Shown here in pieces: positions 1-10,077 of a stretch of DNA of 64,000 bases (within the stretch, counting starts at the first letter, position 1; the number at the start of each line of letters is the position of its first letter). This DNA is from an uncultured Actinomycetes bacterium (GTDB lineage Bacteria > Actinomycetota > Thermoleophilia > Gaiellales > Gaiellaceae). The position numbers were made by a program, and so were the translations under genes. The DNA lies in the NCBI GenBank assembly GCA_963820335.1, contig CAWFZH010000008.1, forward strand, positions 38,181 to 102,180. Direction: 5' to 3'. Under the pieces are notes generated by a model that did no database searches, was not told where the DNA came from, and worked only from the letters and a program-made list of their open reading frames with translations.

Positions 1-306
1 TGGCGGCTCAACCTCCCGCCCCCTCCACCCCACTCGCCGCCCGACGTGGACGAGGCCGCGCATGCCGCACGGCCCGGAGCTCCAGGCGAGCAGAGCACGC
101 TCACTGCACCGATGCCCGGGACGGTGATCAAGGTGCTCGCCTCAGCCGGAGACCGCGTCGAGCCACGCCAGACGCTCCTCGTGCTCGAGGCCATGAAGAT
201 GGAAACGCCCGTGGTCTCGCCCTATGAGGCCGTCGTGCGCAAGGTCCACGTAGCCGAGGGCGACCGCGTCGCGGGCGGTGCCGTCCTCGTCGAGCTCGAG
301 GAGTAG
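1..306 (+). CDS. C-terminal biotinyl (BCCP-type) domain of a biotin-dependent acyl-CoA carboxylase alpha subunit; 5' end lies outside the window
   Basis: The frame is open from nt 1. It shows APMPGTVIKV...LVLEAMKMETPV with the AMKM biotin-attachment motif, typical of the end of PccA/AccA-type subunits. Confidence 0.85.
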   Translation, partial: WRLNLPPPPPHSPPDVDEAAHAARPGAPGEQSTLTAPMPGTVIKVLASAGDRVEPRQTLLVLEAMKMETPVVSPYEAVVRKVHVAEGDRVAGGAVLVELEE

Positions 307-307
307 G

Positions 308-862
308 TCAGCCGGTCGCCGGTCGCGCGCGCAGCGCGGGGACGGTGAACAGCGCCGCCAATGCCGCGGCCACCGCGATTGCTCCGAGCAACGTCCCGCC
401 GTCGTCGAACGAAGGCTTCACGGACATGTCGAAGATGATCAGGAAGAGGATCATCAGGTCGATCCGCGTGAGCACGAGCAGGCGCTTGACGCGTGGCTGG
501 GCAGCGTCCGCCCCCTCCGACTCGATCAGCTTCTTGATGCGACCGGACTCGGGCCCGAAGAAACCGGCTCCGGCCAGGAACGTGATCGCAAAGAGGATGA
601 GCCCGATGACGATCCAGTCGTCGCCGAATCCCCAGAAGTCCGATTCCCAGACCAGGCCGAGCCCGGAGAGGAAGGCAAGTAGCGCAGCCGAGGTGAGGAC
701 GCGACTACCGACCCACTCGACGTTGCCGGCGAATTCAGCCAGTCGATTCGAGTCGCCGGAGGCGAGCACCCGCAAGCCGAAGAACTGGATCATCGCCCCG
801 CCGCCCACCCAGATCGCGGCGCTCGCGACGTGCACGAACAGCAGGAACTCGTAAAAGGTCAC
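308..862 (-). CDS. Integral membrane protein, DUF2269-like
   Basis: 184-aa ORF with 4-5 hydrophobic helices (FLLFVHVASAAIWVGGGAM...). It abuts the neighbouring genes tightly. Confidence 0.6.
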   Translation of the reverse strand: MTFYEFLLFVHVASAAIWVGGGAMIQFFGLRVLASGDSNRLAEFAGNVEWVGSRVLTSAALLAFLSGLGLVWESDFWGFGDDWIVIGLILFAITFLAGAGFFGPESGRIKKLIESEGADAAQPRVKRLLVLTRIDLMILFLIIFDMSVKPSFDDGGTLLGAIAVAAALAALFTVPALRARPATG

Positions 863-1171
863 TCAGAACAGCTTTTGCAGCTTGAGCGCGGCGCCCATGT
901 CGCCGTCGACCTTCAGCTTTCCGGACATGTAGGCCGTCGTCGGGTTCTGCTCACCGCTCGCGATGGCTTCGAAGGTCTCCTCCGACGTGCGGATGGTGAC
1001 ATCCGCGTCGGCCTCGCCTTCGGTGACGGTCACCTTGCCGTCCGAAACGTCGACCTTCCACTTGCCGGCCCCCTCGACGTCGAAGAGGTACGAGTTGGTC
1101 ATCCCGGCGGTCTTGCCGGGATCGACTCGGGCCTCGAGGCCTTCGAAAAATTCACGAGTGGTCTGTGCCAC
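863..1171 (-). CDS. SCP2 (sterol carrier protein 2-like) lipid-binding domain protein
   Basis: TTREFFEGLEARVDP...YLFDVEGAGKWKVDV...MSGKLKVDGDMGAALKLQKLF is the SCP2 pattern. I chose the GTG at 1171 (10 nt after the MFS stop); the ATG at 1192 is the alternative. Confidence 0.75.
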   Translation of the reverse strand: MAQTTREFFEGLEARVDPGKTAGMTNSYLFDVEGAGKWKVDVSDGKVTVTEGEADADVTIRTSEETFEAIASGEQNPTTAYMSGKLKVDGDMGAALKLQKLF

Positions 1172-1181
1172 GGGCGGCAGG

Positions 1182-2366
1182 CTACAGCACATCCGAGACC
1201 GGGTTTGGCGTCATACGTCCGGACTTCTGCGACGAGGGCAGGAATGTCGCGAGCGCGACCGCCGCGATCGGTACCACGGCGCACACGTACAGGGAAGTCT
1301 GCAGATCGACGGTGTCCGCGAGCGCGCCGAGCCCCACTGCGGCGATGCCGCCGAGGCCGATCGACATCCCGATCGACAAGCCCGACGCCAGGCCGATGCG
1401 CCGCGGCAGGTATTCCTGGCTCATGACCATCGTCACGCCGAACGTGCCGACCACGCAGGCACCGACGAGTGCGAGCGCGAAAGCCCCGACCGCGCCGCCG
1501 ACGGCGACGAAAACCAGCGTCAGCGGCGCAGTCGCAGCGATGCTCCCGATGAGCACTGGGCGGCGGCCGATGCGATCTGCGAGTGGCCCCGCCGTCAGCG
1601 TCCCGGCGAGGCCCGCCAGCAGCATGAACGTCAGCAGTTGGTTGCCATAGGCCGTGGAATGTCCCAGCGAGACTGCCCACAGCGGCACGAACGTCACGAG
1701 CCCGAACCACGAGACGCTCCGCAGGGCGATCACTCCGAGTAGGAGAACGAGGGCACCGGGCCGGTCTTCGCCGGCCGGGCTTTGCCCCCCGGTCCGCTCG
1801 GGAGCGAAGCTCGCGAGGTAGCGCCCGGCGGCGATCAGCAAAGCCGCGACGACGAGGCACGGAACTGCGAGCAGGAGCCCGCCGCGCAGCCCCAGCCAGA
1901 GGACGAGGGGCGTTGCGATGGCCGGGCCGAGGGCGTAGCCGAGGTTCCCGCCGATCGAGAAGAAAGACATCCCGCTCGCCCGCCGCCGGCCGCTCGTGTA
2001 CGCCGCAAACTTCGAGCCTTCCGGGTGGTACGCGGCGACCCCGACCCCCGAGATGAGAACGAACAGGAGCACGAGCCAGTAGCGAGGCGCGTTGGCCGCG
2101 AGCGCGATCCCGATCCCCGCTACGGCGACCCCGGTTGGCAAGAGCCAGATCGCGCCACGCCGGTCGGACCAGAGCCCGAAGAAGGGTTGGATCACCGACG
2201 AGGAGAACGCCGAGGCGAGGATGAGGAGCGCGGCGAGGGTGTACGAGAGGTCGAAGCGATCGACGAAGAACGGGAGCAGCGCAGGCAGAGCGCCGTTGGC
2301 GAAATCGGTGGCGGCATGGCCGCTCGCGAGCGCCGCCATGGCCCGCTTGTCGATCTCGGCGCGCAC
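1182..2366 (-). CDS. MFS transporter
   Basis: 394 aa with about 12 predicted TM helices. MFS loop motifs are present (GLWSDRRG, GPLADRIGRRP). Confidence 0.85.
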   Translation of the reverse strand: MRAEIDKRAMAALASGHAATDFANGALPALLPFFVDRFDLSYTLAALLILASAFSSSVIQPFFGLWSDRRGAIWLLPTGVAVAGIGIALAANAPRYWLVLLFVLISGVGVAAYHPEGSKFAAYTSGRRRASGMSFFSIGGNLGYALGPAIATPLVLWLGLRGGLLLAVPCLVVAALLIAAGRYLASFAPERTGGQSPAGEDRPGALVLLLGVIALRSVSWFGLVTFVPLWAVSLGHSTAYGNQLLTFMLLAGLAGTLTAGPLADRIGRRPVLIGSIAATAPLTLVFVAVGGAVGAFALALVGACVVGTFGVTMVMSQEYLPRRIGLASGLSIGMSIGLGGIAAVGLGALADTVDLQTSLYVCAVVPIAAVALATFLPSSQKSGRMTPNPVSDVL

Positions 2367-2401
2367 GCGGCCACACTAGCCGCGGCGAACGAGGGGTCTA
2401 G

Positions 2402-2632
2402 CTAGGCGGCCTGTTCGGCGGAGTTCGGGAGGTACCGCTCGATGAGCGCGTAGGAGAGGTCCCACTGCGCGCGCGCGATCTGCACGCGGTTGTGCTCGAG
2501 ATCAGTCTCGTTCGCGCCGTTCGTCCGCAGCGCCTGACGCTCAGTGGTGAGTGTCGAGATGTGCTGGGTGAGCGACTCGACGGTCTCCCGCGCAGGGATC
2601 CGCCGGATGGCGATGGGCCGCAAATACGTCAT
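2402..2632 (-). CDS. Small helical hypothetical protein (76 aa, DUF2630-like, tentative)
   Basis: Internal ATG at 2632 of the long shadow ORF 2402..3466. The composition is coiled-coil-like (TLTTERQALR...RVQIARAQWDL). It is divergent from pepA across an AT-richer spacer. Confidence 0.4.
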   Translation of the reverse strand: MTYLRPIAIRRIPARETVESLTQHISTLTTERQALRTNGANETDLEHNRVQIARAQWDLSYALIERYLPNSAEQAA

Positions 2633-2741
2633 GGTGACAGTGTGTATCGGCGCGAGGGAAAAATTGTTAAGACCTGTTAAAACCTTCGCAAAGCTTTCTG
2701 GAAGCACCGTAGAAATAGGTTCGGATAGCATCGGCGCCCGC

Positions 2742-4232
2742 ATGCAGGTCGACGTTCGAGCGCAGACAGCTGAATCCTTCGAGGCCGATGTGCTCGCGGT
2801 CGCCCTCCCGGACAACGGAGCAGCGATGCCGGCCGTCGCCGAGTCGCTGGACAAGCTGCTCGAGGGGAGGCTCGGCCGTCTCGCCGCCGAGGAGGAAGTG
2901 GCCCAGGCGATCGGACGGACGGCCGTGCTCCACCCCAACGGAGAGCTCGGCGCCCGCCGGGTCGTCGCGGTCGGGCTCGGGCCTGCCGCCGAGATCGACG
3001 CCGACGCCCTGCGCACTGCAGCCGCTCGCGTATCCGCCGCCGCCGACCGGGTCGGAGGGACCCTGGCCTGGCTTCTCGACGACTCGCTCGACCTCACTCC
3101 TGCCGAGCAGGCGCGGGCCATCGTGGACGGGCTCGTTCTCGGCGCATACGACCCCGGCCGCTGGAAGCAAGAGGTGAAGGAGCTGCCGTTCGACCAACTC
3201 GTCCTGATCGGGCCCGACGAGGCGGCCGAGCCGGCCCGGCGCGCCCTGAGCGTCGCCGAGGCGACGAACCGAGCGCGCGACCTCGCCAACACCGGGGCGA
3301 ACGAGCTCACTCCCGAGAAGCTCGCTGCACGCGCACAGGACATCGCGTCCGAGCGCGAGCACGTGACCGCCGAGGCGCTGGGGCCCGAGCAGATCGAGAA
3401 GCTCGGCATGGGTGCGTTCGCCGGGGTCGCACAGGGGAGCCACAACCCTCCGCGCCTGATCGTCATGCGCTACGACCCTCCACAGCCGACAGCAGCTGAC
3501 ACCTTCCTCGGGCTCGTCGGCAAGGCGGTCACGTTCGATACCGGCGGCATCTCGATCAAGCCCGCGCTCTACATGGAGGACATGAAGGGCGACATGGCCG
3601 GCGGCGCCGCCGTCATCGAAGGGATGGGGGCAATCGCCCAGCTCGGCCTCCCCATTCGCGTGATCGCCGTCGTCGCCGCCACCGAGAACATGGTCGGCGG
3701 GGGCTCCTACCGGCCCGGCGACGTCCTGCGCGCCATGAACGGCAAGACGATCGAGATCACGAACACCGACGCCGAGGGCCGCCTGATTCTGGCCGACGCT
3801 CTCCACTACGCGCGGGAGCAAGGAGCGACGCACCTCGTCGACTTCGCCACCCTGACGGGTGCGATGGAGAAGGCGCTTGGCGATCTCTACGCGGGCGTCT
3901 TCGGGAACGAGGACTCCTGGCGAGACGAGGTCGTGGCCGCAGGCGAGGCGAGCGGGGACCACGCGTGGCCATGGCCGATGCACCGTCGCTACGGGGCGTA
4001 CATCGAATCAGCGTTCGCCGACATGAAGAACTCGTCGGTCCGCGGCCAGGCGATCCCCGCCTACGCCGCGTCGTTCCTCGAGGAGTTCGTCGGCGAGGGC
4101 CCCTGGGCGCACGTGGACATGGCCGGAACGGGCTTCTATACGTGGCCCCGCAACGATTACATGGGTCAGAAGGGCGGGACCGGCTACGGAGTACGGCTCA
4201 TCGTCGAGCTCGCCTCGCGCCTGACGCGATGA
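2742..4232 (+). CDS. pepA: Leucyl aminopeptidase, M17 family
   Basis: VGKAVTFDTGGISIKP, NTDAEGRLILADAL and MAGTG motifs. The ATG at 2742 was chosen because upstream residues of the long ORF look non-coding. Confidence 0.9.
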   Translation: MQVDVRAQTAESFEADVLAVALPDNGAAMPAVAESLDKLLEGRLGRLAAEEEVAQAIGRTAVLHPNGELGARRVVAVGLGPAAEIDADALRTAAARVSAAADRVGGTLAWLLDDSLDLTPAEQARAIVDGLVLGAYDPGRWKQEVKELPFDQLVLIGPDEAAEPARRALSVAEATNRARDLANTGANELTPEKLAARAQDIASEREHVTAEALGPEQIEKLGMGAFAGVAQGSHNPPRLIVMRYDPPQPTAADTFLGLVGKAVTFDTGGISIKPALYMEDMKGDMAGGAAVIEGMGAIAQLGLPIRVIAVVAATENMVGGGSYRPGDVLRAMNGKTIEITNTDAEGRLILADALHYAREQGATHLVDFATLTGAMEKALGDLYAGVFGNEDSWRDEVVAAGEASGDHAWPWPMHRRYGAYIESAFADMKNSSVRGQAIPAYAASFLEEFVGEGPWAHVDMAGTGFYTWPRNDYMGQKGGTGYGVRLIVELASRLTR

Positions 4233-5362
4233 ACTTCGACCTCTCGCCCGAGCACGAGCTCATTCGGAGCACTGTGCGCGACTTCGCGGAGGCGAAGGTT
4301 GCGCCGGTCGCCGAGGAGCTCGACCGCGAGCACCGCTTCCCGTACGAGCTCGTCACGGAGATGGCAGAGCTCGGCCTGATGGGCATGCCGATCCCGGAGG
4401 AGTACGGCGGGGGCGGCACCGACACGCTCTCCTACGCGATCGCGATCGAGGAGCTGACGCGAATCGACTCCTCGGTGGCGATCACGATGGCCGCGCACAC
4501 GTCGCTGGGCACGATGCCGATCTTCCTCTACGGGAGCGACGAGCAGAAGCAGCAGTGGCTGCCGGAGCTCGCCTCGGGGCAGAAGCTGGCTGCCTTCGGC
4601 CTCACCGAGGCGGGGGCCGGATCCGACGCGGGGAATGCACGCACCCGTGCCGAGCTCACCGACGGCGACTGGGTGATCAACGGCTCGAAGATCTTCATCA
4701 CCAACGCCGGGACCGACATCAGCGCGTGCGTCACGATCACCGCGCTCACCGGCGAGGACGAGATCTCGAACCTCATCGTCCCGAACGGCACACCCGGCTA
4801 CGACATCTCGCCGCCGATGGAGAAGCTCGGCTGGCGCGCCTCGGACACGCGCGAGCTCTCGTTCAAGGACGCACGCGTGCCCGAGGGCAACCTGCTCGGC
4901 CCGCGCGGGAAAGGGTTCCAGCAGTTCCTCGAGATCCTCGACGGCGGGCGCATCTCCGTGGCCGCGATGGGCGTCGGCCTGGCCCAGGGCGCGTACGACC
5001 TGGCGCTGAAGTACGCGCAGGAGCGGGAGCAGTTCGGCAAGGCGATCGCCAAGTTCCAGGCCGTCCAGTTCAAGCTCGTCGACATGGCCACGGAGATCGA
5101 GGCCGGCCGGAACCTCGTCTACAAGGCCGCATGGCTGAAGGACCAGGGTCGTCCGTTCGCCAAGGAGGCGGCGATGGCCAAGCTCTACACGGGCGAGCTA
5201 GCGCATCGCGCCGCGAACGAATCGCTCCAGATCCACGGCGGCTACGGCTTCATGGAGGAGTCCGCGATCTCGCGGCTCTACCGGGATCAGAAGATCCTCG
5301 AGATCGGCGAGGGCACCAACGAAGTGCAGCGCATGGTGATCGCGAAGCACCTCGGCCTGTAG
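4229..5362 (+). CDS. Acyl-CoA dehydrogenase (short/branched-chain type)
   Basis: MNFDLSPEHELIR..., GLTEAGAGSDA, QIHGGYGFMEE and EIGEGTNEVQR motifs. The ATGA overlaps the pepA stop. Confidence 0.9.
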   Translation: MNFDLSPEHELIRSTVRDFAEAKVAPVAEELDREHRFPYELVTEMAELGLMGMPIPEEYGGGGTDTLSYAIAIEELTRIDSSVAITMAAHTSLGTMPIFLYGSDEQKQQWLPELASGQKLAAFGLTEAGAGSDAGNARTRAELTDGDWVINGSKIFITNAGTDISACVTITALTGEDEISNLIVPNGTPGYDISPPMEKLGWRASDTRELSFKDARVPEGNLLGPRGKGFQQFLEILDGGRISVAAMGVGLAQGAYDLALKYAQEREQFGKAIAKFQAVQFKLVDMATEIEAGRNLVYKAAWLKDQGRPFAKEAAMAKLYTGELAHRAANESLQIHGGYGFMEESAISRLYRDQKILEIGEGTNEVQRMVIAKHLGL

Positions 5363-5381
5363 ACGTTGTAGCCTCTCTTTC

Positions 5382-6725
5382 GTGCTCTTCCGCCAGTTCG
5401 TCGATGACGATCTCGGCTGCGCGTCCTACCTGATCGGAGACGAGTCCACGGGGACGGCGGTCGTCATCGACCCTGCCTACGCAATCGAGCAGTACCTCGC
5501 CGAGGCGACGAAGCAGAAGGCGCGCCTCGTGCGCGTCCTCGAGACGCACACCCATGCGGATCACGTCTCGGGCCACGGCCGACTGGCACTCGAGCACGAC
5601 CTTCCGGTGTCCGTGCATCCCGTGGCGGAAGCCCAGTTCGACCACGACCCACTCGAGGACGGGCAGGAGCTCGAGATCGGTGAGGTCACGATTCGCGTTC
5701 TGCACACGCCGGGCCACCGGCCGGAGCACTGTTGCTTCGCAGTGATCGACCGCTCGCGGGGCGACGAGCCCTGGCTCCTGATCACGGGCGATTCGCTGCT
5801 CGTCGGCGACGCGGCTCGCCCCGACCTGGCCACGGCGGCAGACGAAGGCTCACGCGCGATGTTCCTGAGCCTGCAGCGGGTGCTCGAGCTCCCGGACGGC
5901 GTGCAGGTGTACCCCGGCCACGTCGCCGGCTCCCTCTGCGGGGCCGGCATGAGCTCGATGCACTCCTCGACGATCGGCTTCGAGCGGCGGTTCAACCACA
6001 AGCTGGAGCTCGTCGAGCGGAGCGAGGACGAGTTCGTCGTTGCGACGACCGCCTCGTCGGCGCCTCGGCCTCCGAACATGGATCGGATCGTTGAGCTCAA
6101 CCGCGGGCCGTTCGTTGCCGCGCAGCCTGCGCTCGAGCCCGTCGAATCGCCAGGTGGCGCGACGGTGCTCGACGTCCGCCCGACGAGAGAGTTCCTCGGC
6201 GGCCACATCGAGGGAGCGTTCAACGTTCCAGTCTCGGGATCGAAGTTCGCGACGAAGGCGGCATTCATCCTGACGGCCGACGAGCCGGTCGTGATCCGCG
6301 CGTCCTCCGAGGACGAGGCCCTGCGAGCTGTGCGAGGACTGCACGCGGTCGGGCTCTTCGAGGTGCGCGGCTTCGTCACCGAGGCGAAGCCGACCGAGAC
6401 GATGCAGCCCGTTGCCCTCGACGAGCTCGAGCAGCTCGTCGAGAACGGCGCCGAGATCCTCGACGTGCGGGAGAAGGACGAACGCGACGAGGGCTACATC
6501 GCCGGCAGCCGGCACATGCCGTACCGCATCGTCCGCGAGTTCACGGACGACTTCAACGGCGGTCAGACCGTGATCACGATCTGCTCGTCGGGCTCGCGCG
6601 CCGTGATCGCGGCGAGCGTCCTGCAGGCGGCCGGCGTCGAAGCCCGCCCCGTGCTCGGCGGCGGGGTCGACGACTGGGCCGAGCGCGGCGGCGACACGGT
6701 GCAGTTCCGCCGCTGCGGTACCTGA
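5382..6725 (+). CDS. Metallo-beta-lactamase-fold hydrolase (persulfide dioxygenase-like) fused to two rhodanese domains
   Basis: The HTHADHVSGH zinc motif is followed by two rhodanese-like modules. The second has ICSSGSR (Cys active-site loop). Confidence 0.85.
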   Translation: MLFRQFVDDDLGCASYLIGDESTGTAVVIDPAYAIEQYLAEATKQKARLVRVLETHTHADHVSGHGRLALEHDLPVSVHPVAEAQFDHDPLEDGQELEIGEVTIRVLHTPGHRPEHCCFAVIDRSRGDEPWLLITGDSLLVGDAARPDLATAADEGSRAMFLSLQRVLELPDGVQVYPGHVAGSLCGAGMSSMHSSTIGFERRFNHKLELVERSEDEFVVATTASSAPRPPNMDRIVELNRGPFVAAQPALEPVESPGGATVLDVRPTREFLGGHIEGAFNVPVSGSKFATKAAFILTADEPVVIRASSEDEALRAVRGLHAVGLFEVRGFVTEAKPTETMQPVALDELEQLVENGAEILDVREKDERDEGYIAGSRHMPYRIVREFTDDFNGGQTVITICSSGSRAVIAASVLQAAGVEARPVLGGGVDDWAERGGDTVQFRRCGT

Positions 6726-6726
6726 A

Positions 6727-9700
6727 TCAGGCCGAAGCCGCGAGTAGCGCCTCGCCCTCGCGGACGTAGGCAGCGGCCCCGACCGAGCGCCAGAATGCAA
6801 GCGCTGATTCCAACTCGACGTTCGCTTCGACCCGTCGACCCTCGAGCACGAGCGCCTCTGCTGCGCGCAGGCGGGCAAGGGCTTCATCGGGCAGCGATCC
6901 GATCTCCGCGTAGGTGTTGGCGGCATCGCGGAAGTCGCCGGTTACGTACGAGCACGCGGCTGCGAACCAGGGAGTCGGCAGCGGCACCAGGGGCGCAGCC
7001 TCTATGAGCTCGGCCCCCATTCCGAGCACGCGCACAGCCACCGCAATGTCCCTCAACCACTCGCTGGCTCCCGAACTGGAGAAGCTCTTCGCTCGCCACG
7101 CCGATAGGACCTCCTGCGCGAGCAGCCGAGCTTCCTCGGGGTCGGCTGCGACGAGCGCGTGTGCACCGAAGGCGAGGGCAGGCCACAGGACCTGGGGATC
7201 CTTCGCACTGCGCCCCCGCTCGATGGCACGCTCGGCGTCGGCTCGTGCACCCACGTCGTCTCCTCGAGCGAGTCGAATCCGCCCGCGCTGCACGCGGCAC
7301 GGGGGTTCCATCCAGAACAGTGTCTCCTCGAACCCCGCGATCAGCTCGTCGAAGCGAGCCTGGGCCTCGTCCCAGCTCCCGTTCCAGTAGAGACCCACGA
7401 CACTCTCGGCGCCTAGCCACCGGATGCGCTCGGCATCCCCGAAGCGCTCGGCCGCCGCCTTTCCCTTGGCGACCATCTCGTTGCGACGCTCCAGCTCTCC
7501 CAGATCGGCCAGCATGGAGGCAAGGTTCCCGTAGGCCCGGATGGCTTCGACCGAGTTCATCGCCACTGCGATCTCGAGGCTTCGCTCGACGTCGGCGAGA
7601 CCAGAGGCGTCTCCCCCATACATGCGGGCAATACCGATGTTGTTCAACACACTCGCGTGGAGCTCCTCGTTCCCTCCGAGCTCTTCAACCATCACGAGGG
7701 CCGCTCGCCCCAGGCTGATCGCCGCCTCCGCCTCCCCGGCGAGCATCTGGTAGCGCGAGATATTCTCGACCACGTTCGCCTTCGAGAACGTCGTCGGGCG
7801 CCCTTCGAGGAGAGCCTCGGCACGGGCCAAGCATTCGAAGCATTCGTCACGTTCCCCGCGATTCCAGAACACTTCACCGAGCACAACCTCTGCTTCGGCA
7901 GCGGTGTCGGGATCGCCGGCGACGAGGAGCGCATCACGCGCCTTTTCGAGGAGTTCGGGCGCGCCGTCGTGCTCGATGCGGTGGACGACGCTCGCGTAGT
8001 TGAAGAGCAGTTTCGGCTGGCCCTCGTCCTCGGCGGGCCAAAGCTCGAGGGCGGCCTCGTAGAAACGCTTCGCCGAGCCGTACCCACCGAGCGAATGCGC
8101 TCGGTCACCCGCCTCGCGGAACGCGAACCGCGCCGGGTCCGCCAGGGAGTCGGTCTCGGCGCCCGAGGCCCGACCCAGCTCCAGCGCCGTCAGGTAGTGG
8201 TGCGCAAGCATCTCGGCGTGGTCTTCTGCCCGGCCGAGCGACTCGATCCACTCGGCCGTTAGCCGGTGCTTCTCGGCACGCCGGGCCCGCGGGATCTGAC
8301 CGTACGCAACGTCGCGGACGAGCAAGTGCCGGAAGGAATACTCGGTCTCCGCTGCGACCGAGGAACGCTGTTGTCGCCGCACAAACTCCTTTCGCTCCAG
8401 CCTGTGCAGCCGTTCCTGGGCGGCCCGAGGCTCGAGGTCGCCTACTCCGGCGACAGTGCCGAGCCAGAAGACCTTGCCGACAACCGAGGCGTCTTGCAGC
8501 AGCGTCTTCTCCTCCTCACTGAGGGCGTCGAGCCGCGCCGCGACGATTCCCTGCACGGACTCCGGGAGCGGGAGGTCGGCGTCGCCCTCCTCGAGGTTTC
8601 GATCGGCCATCATCCGAACGAACTCCTCCGCGTAGAGCGGGTTGCCGCCGGCGCGCTGCAGCAACGTGACCTGGATCTCGGCTGGCAGGACCGACCGCTC
8701 GAGTAGGGCAGAGAGCAACCGGGCCGTCTGTTCGTCGTCGAGCGGGGAGAGCGAGAGGGTCAGCGCGTTCGGCTTCCCACCGCCCCACCCCGGCCTGCGC
8801 GCCAGCAGCTCCGGCCGTGCCGTGCAGATGACGAGGATCGGGACGCCGACCGCCCACTCGACAAGGTGGTCGATGAAGTCGAGGAGCCCGTCGTCCGCCC
8901 AGTGCAGATCCTCGAAGACGAGCACGAGTGGGCGCACGTCGGCGGTCGCCTCGATGAACCTGCGCCACGCGGCGAACGCCTCCGCCCTGTGGTCCCCGTG
9001 CAGCTCCTGGTCGACGCCCAGGCCCACGAGGGGCTCGAGGTGCCGCTCGACCCACTCGGCGTCGTCCCGCAGGTCGCCGGGAAGGCTCTGATGCAGCTTC
9101 TCGCTCGCTGCGGCCGGCGGGTCTGTCTCCAGGATTCCGGCGTGCGCCTTGACGATCTCGCCCAGCGCCCAGTAGGAAACGCCCTCGCCGTACGGCAGCG
9201 AGCGCCCCTGTCGCCAGAAGATGAGATCGGGCTCGTCCTCGACTGCGCGAAACAGTTCGTACACGAGTCGGCTCTTGCCGATGCCGGGTACGCCGACGAC
9301 AGTCACCAGCTGGGGCGACCGCTCTTCGCGCGCCCGCGCGAGCGCAGCGACCACGGTGTCCAGCTCACGGTCGCGCCCGATGAGGGGCGCACCGGCACGC
9401 TGGACCGTGTCCACGCCGAACCGAGATCGCGCTTCGACCGCTTCCCACGCCGGGACGGGTTGCGCCTTCCCTTTCGCCTCCACCGGGTCGACCTCCCGGT
9501 ACTCGATCGCCTGATTGGTCGCGCGGTAGGTCGTCTCGTCGACGAGCACGCCGTCGATCGGCGCCGCGGACTGCAGCCGCGCGGCCGTATTGATGACGTC
9601 GCCCGACGCCATGCCCTCTCCCTCGCTGGGGCGGGCGTCCAGAGTCACTAGCGCTTCTCCGGTGCCGACCGCGATCCGCAGGTGCAGCGTCCCGCCCTGG

Positions 9701-10059
9701 TCGCGGACCCAGTCGCGGATCGTCAGAGCTGCGCGTACGGCGCGCTCGGGGTCGTCTTCGTGCGCCACCGGTGCGCCGAAGAGCGCCATGACCGCGTCGC
9801 CGATGAACTTTTCCACGGTGCCGCCGTGGCGCTCGAGCTCGCCACGCACGTGCGCGTAGTAGGGCGCTACGAGGGCCCGCACGTCTTCCGGGTCCATCTG
9901 CTCCGCTTGGCTCGTGAAACCCACGAGATCGGCGAAGAGCACGGAGACGACCTTGCGCTCCTCGCGCGCCGCCGCCGCGGACGTGAGCGCCGTCCCGCAG
10001 CTAGAGCAGAATCTCGCGTCGTCGGCATTCTCGCTGCCGCAATTCGGGCACGGTCGCAT
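6727..10059 (-). CDS. Zinc-ribbon / class III adenylate-guanylate cyclase / AAA+ (STAND) ATPase / TPR multidomain protein
   Basis: N-terminal CPNCGSEN...CSSCG, then the cyclase core RKVVSVLFADLVGFTS...KFIGDAVMALFG, then Walker A GVPGIGKSRL. The C-terminal half is long and helical-repeat (TPR-like). No HTH is visible. Confidence 0.85.
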   Translation of the reverse strand: MRPCPNCGSENADDARFCSSCGTALTSAAAAREERKVVSVLFADLVGFTSQAEQMDPEDVRALVAPYYAHVRGELERHGGTVEKFIGDAVMALFGAPVAHEDDPERAVRAALTIRDWVRDQGGTLHLRIAVGTGEALVTLDARPSEGEGMASGDVINTAARLQSAAPIDGVLVDETTYRATNQAIEYREVDPVEAKGKAQPVPAWEAVEARSRFGVDTVQRAGAPLIGRDRELDTVVAALARAREERSPQLVTVVGVPGIGKSRLVYELFRAVEDEPDLIFWRQGRSLPYGEGVSYWALGEIVKAHAGILETDPPAAASEKLHQSLPGDLRDDAEWVERHLEPLVGLGVDQELHGDHRAEAFAAWRRFIEATADVRPLVLVFEDLHWADDGLLDFIDHLVEWAVGVPILVICTARPELLARRPGWGGGKPNALTLSLSPLDDEQTARLLSALLERSVLPAEIQVTLLQRAGGNPLYAEEFVRMMADRNLEEGDADLPLPESVQGIVAARLDALSEEEKTLLQDASVVGKVFWLGTVAGVGDLEPRAAQERLHRLERKEFVRRQQRSSVAAETEYSFRHLLVRDVAYGQIPRARRAEKHRLTAEWIESLGRAEDHAEMLAHHYLTALELGRASGAETDSLADPARFAFREAGDRAHSLGGYGSAKRFYEAALELWPAEDEGQPKLLFNYASVVHRIEHDGAPELLEKARDALLVAGDPDTAAEAEVVLGEVFWNRGERDECFECLARAEALLEGRPTTFSKANVVENISRYQMLAGEAEAAISLGRAALVMVEELGGNEELHASVLNNIGIARMYGGDASGLADVERSLEIAVAMNSVEAIRAYGNLASMLADLGELERRNEMVAKGKAAAERFGDAERIRWLGAESVVGLYWNGSWDEAQARFDELIAGFEETLFWMEPPCRVQRGRIRLARGDDVGARADAERAIERGRSAKDPQVLWPALAFGAHALVAADPEEARLLAQEVLSAWRAKSFSSSGASEWLRDIAVAVRVLGMGAELIEAAPLVPLPTPWFAAACSYVTGDFRDAANTYAEIGSLPDEALARLRAAEALVLEGRRVEANVELESALAFWRSVGAAAYVREGEALLAASA

Positions 10060-10077
10060 CGGCCGAGTGTACGACGG

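Noticed and set aside
1099-2376. Long ORFs overlapping real genes on the opposite strand or in other frames. Examples are 1099..2376(-), 2667..3983(-), 5850..6926(-), 18623..20128(-), 24973..28263(+, 1096 aa), 28267..29844(+), 36333..38111(+), 57447..59534(+, 695 aa) and 59975..61519(+).
   Set aside because: They are Arg/Pro/Gly/Ala-rich with a low-complexity composition typical of stop-free shadow frames in roughly 70% GC DNA. Each one overlaps a gene with clear family motifs.
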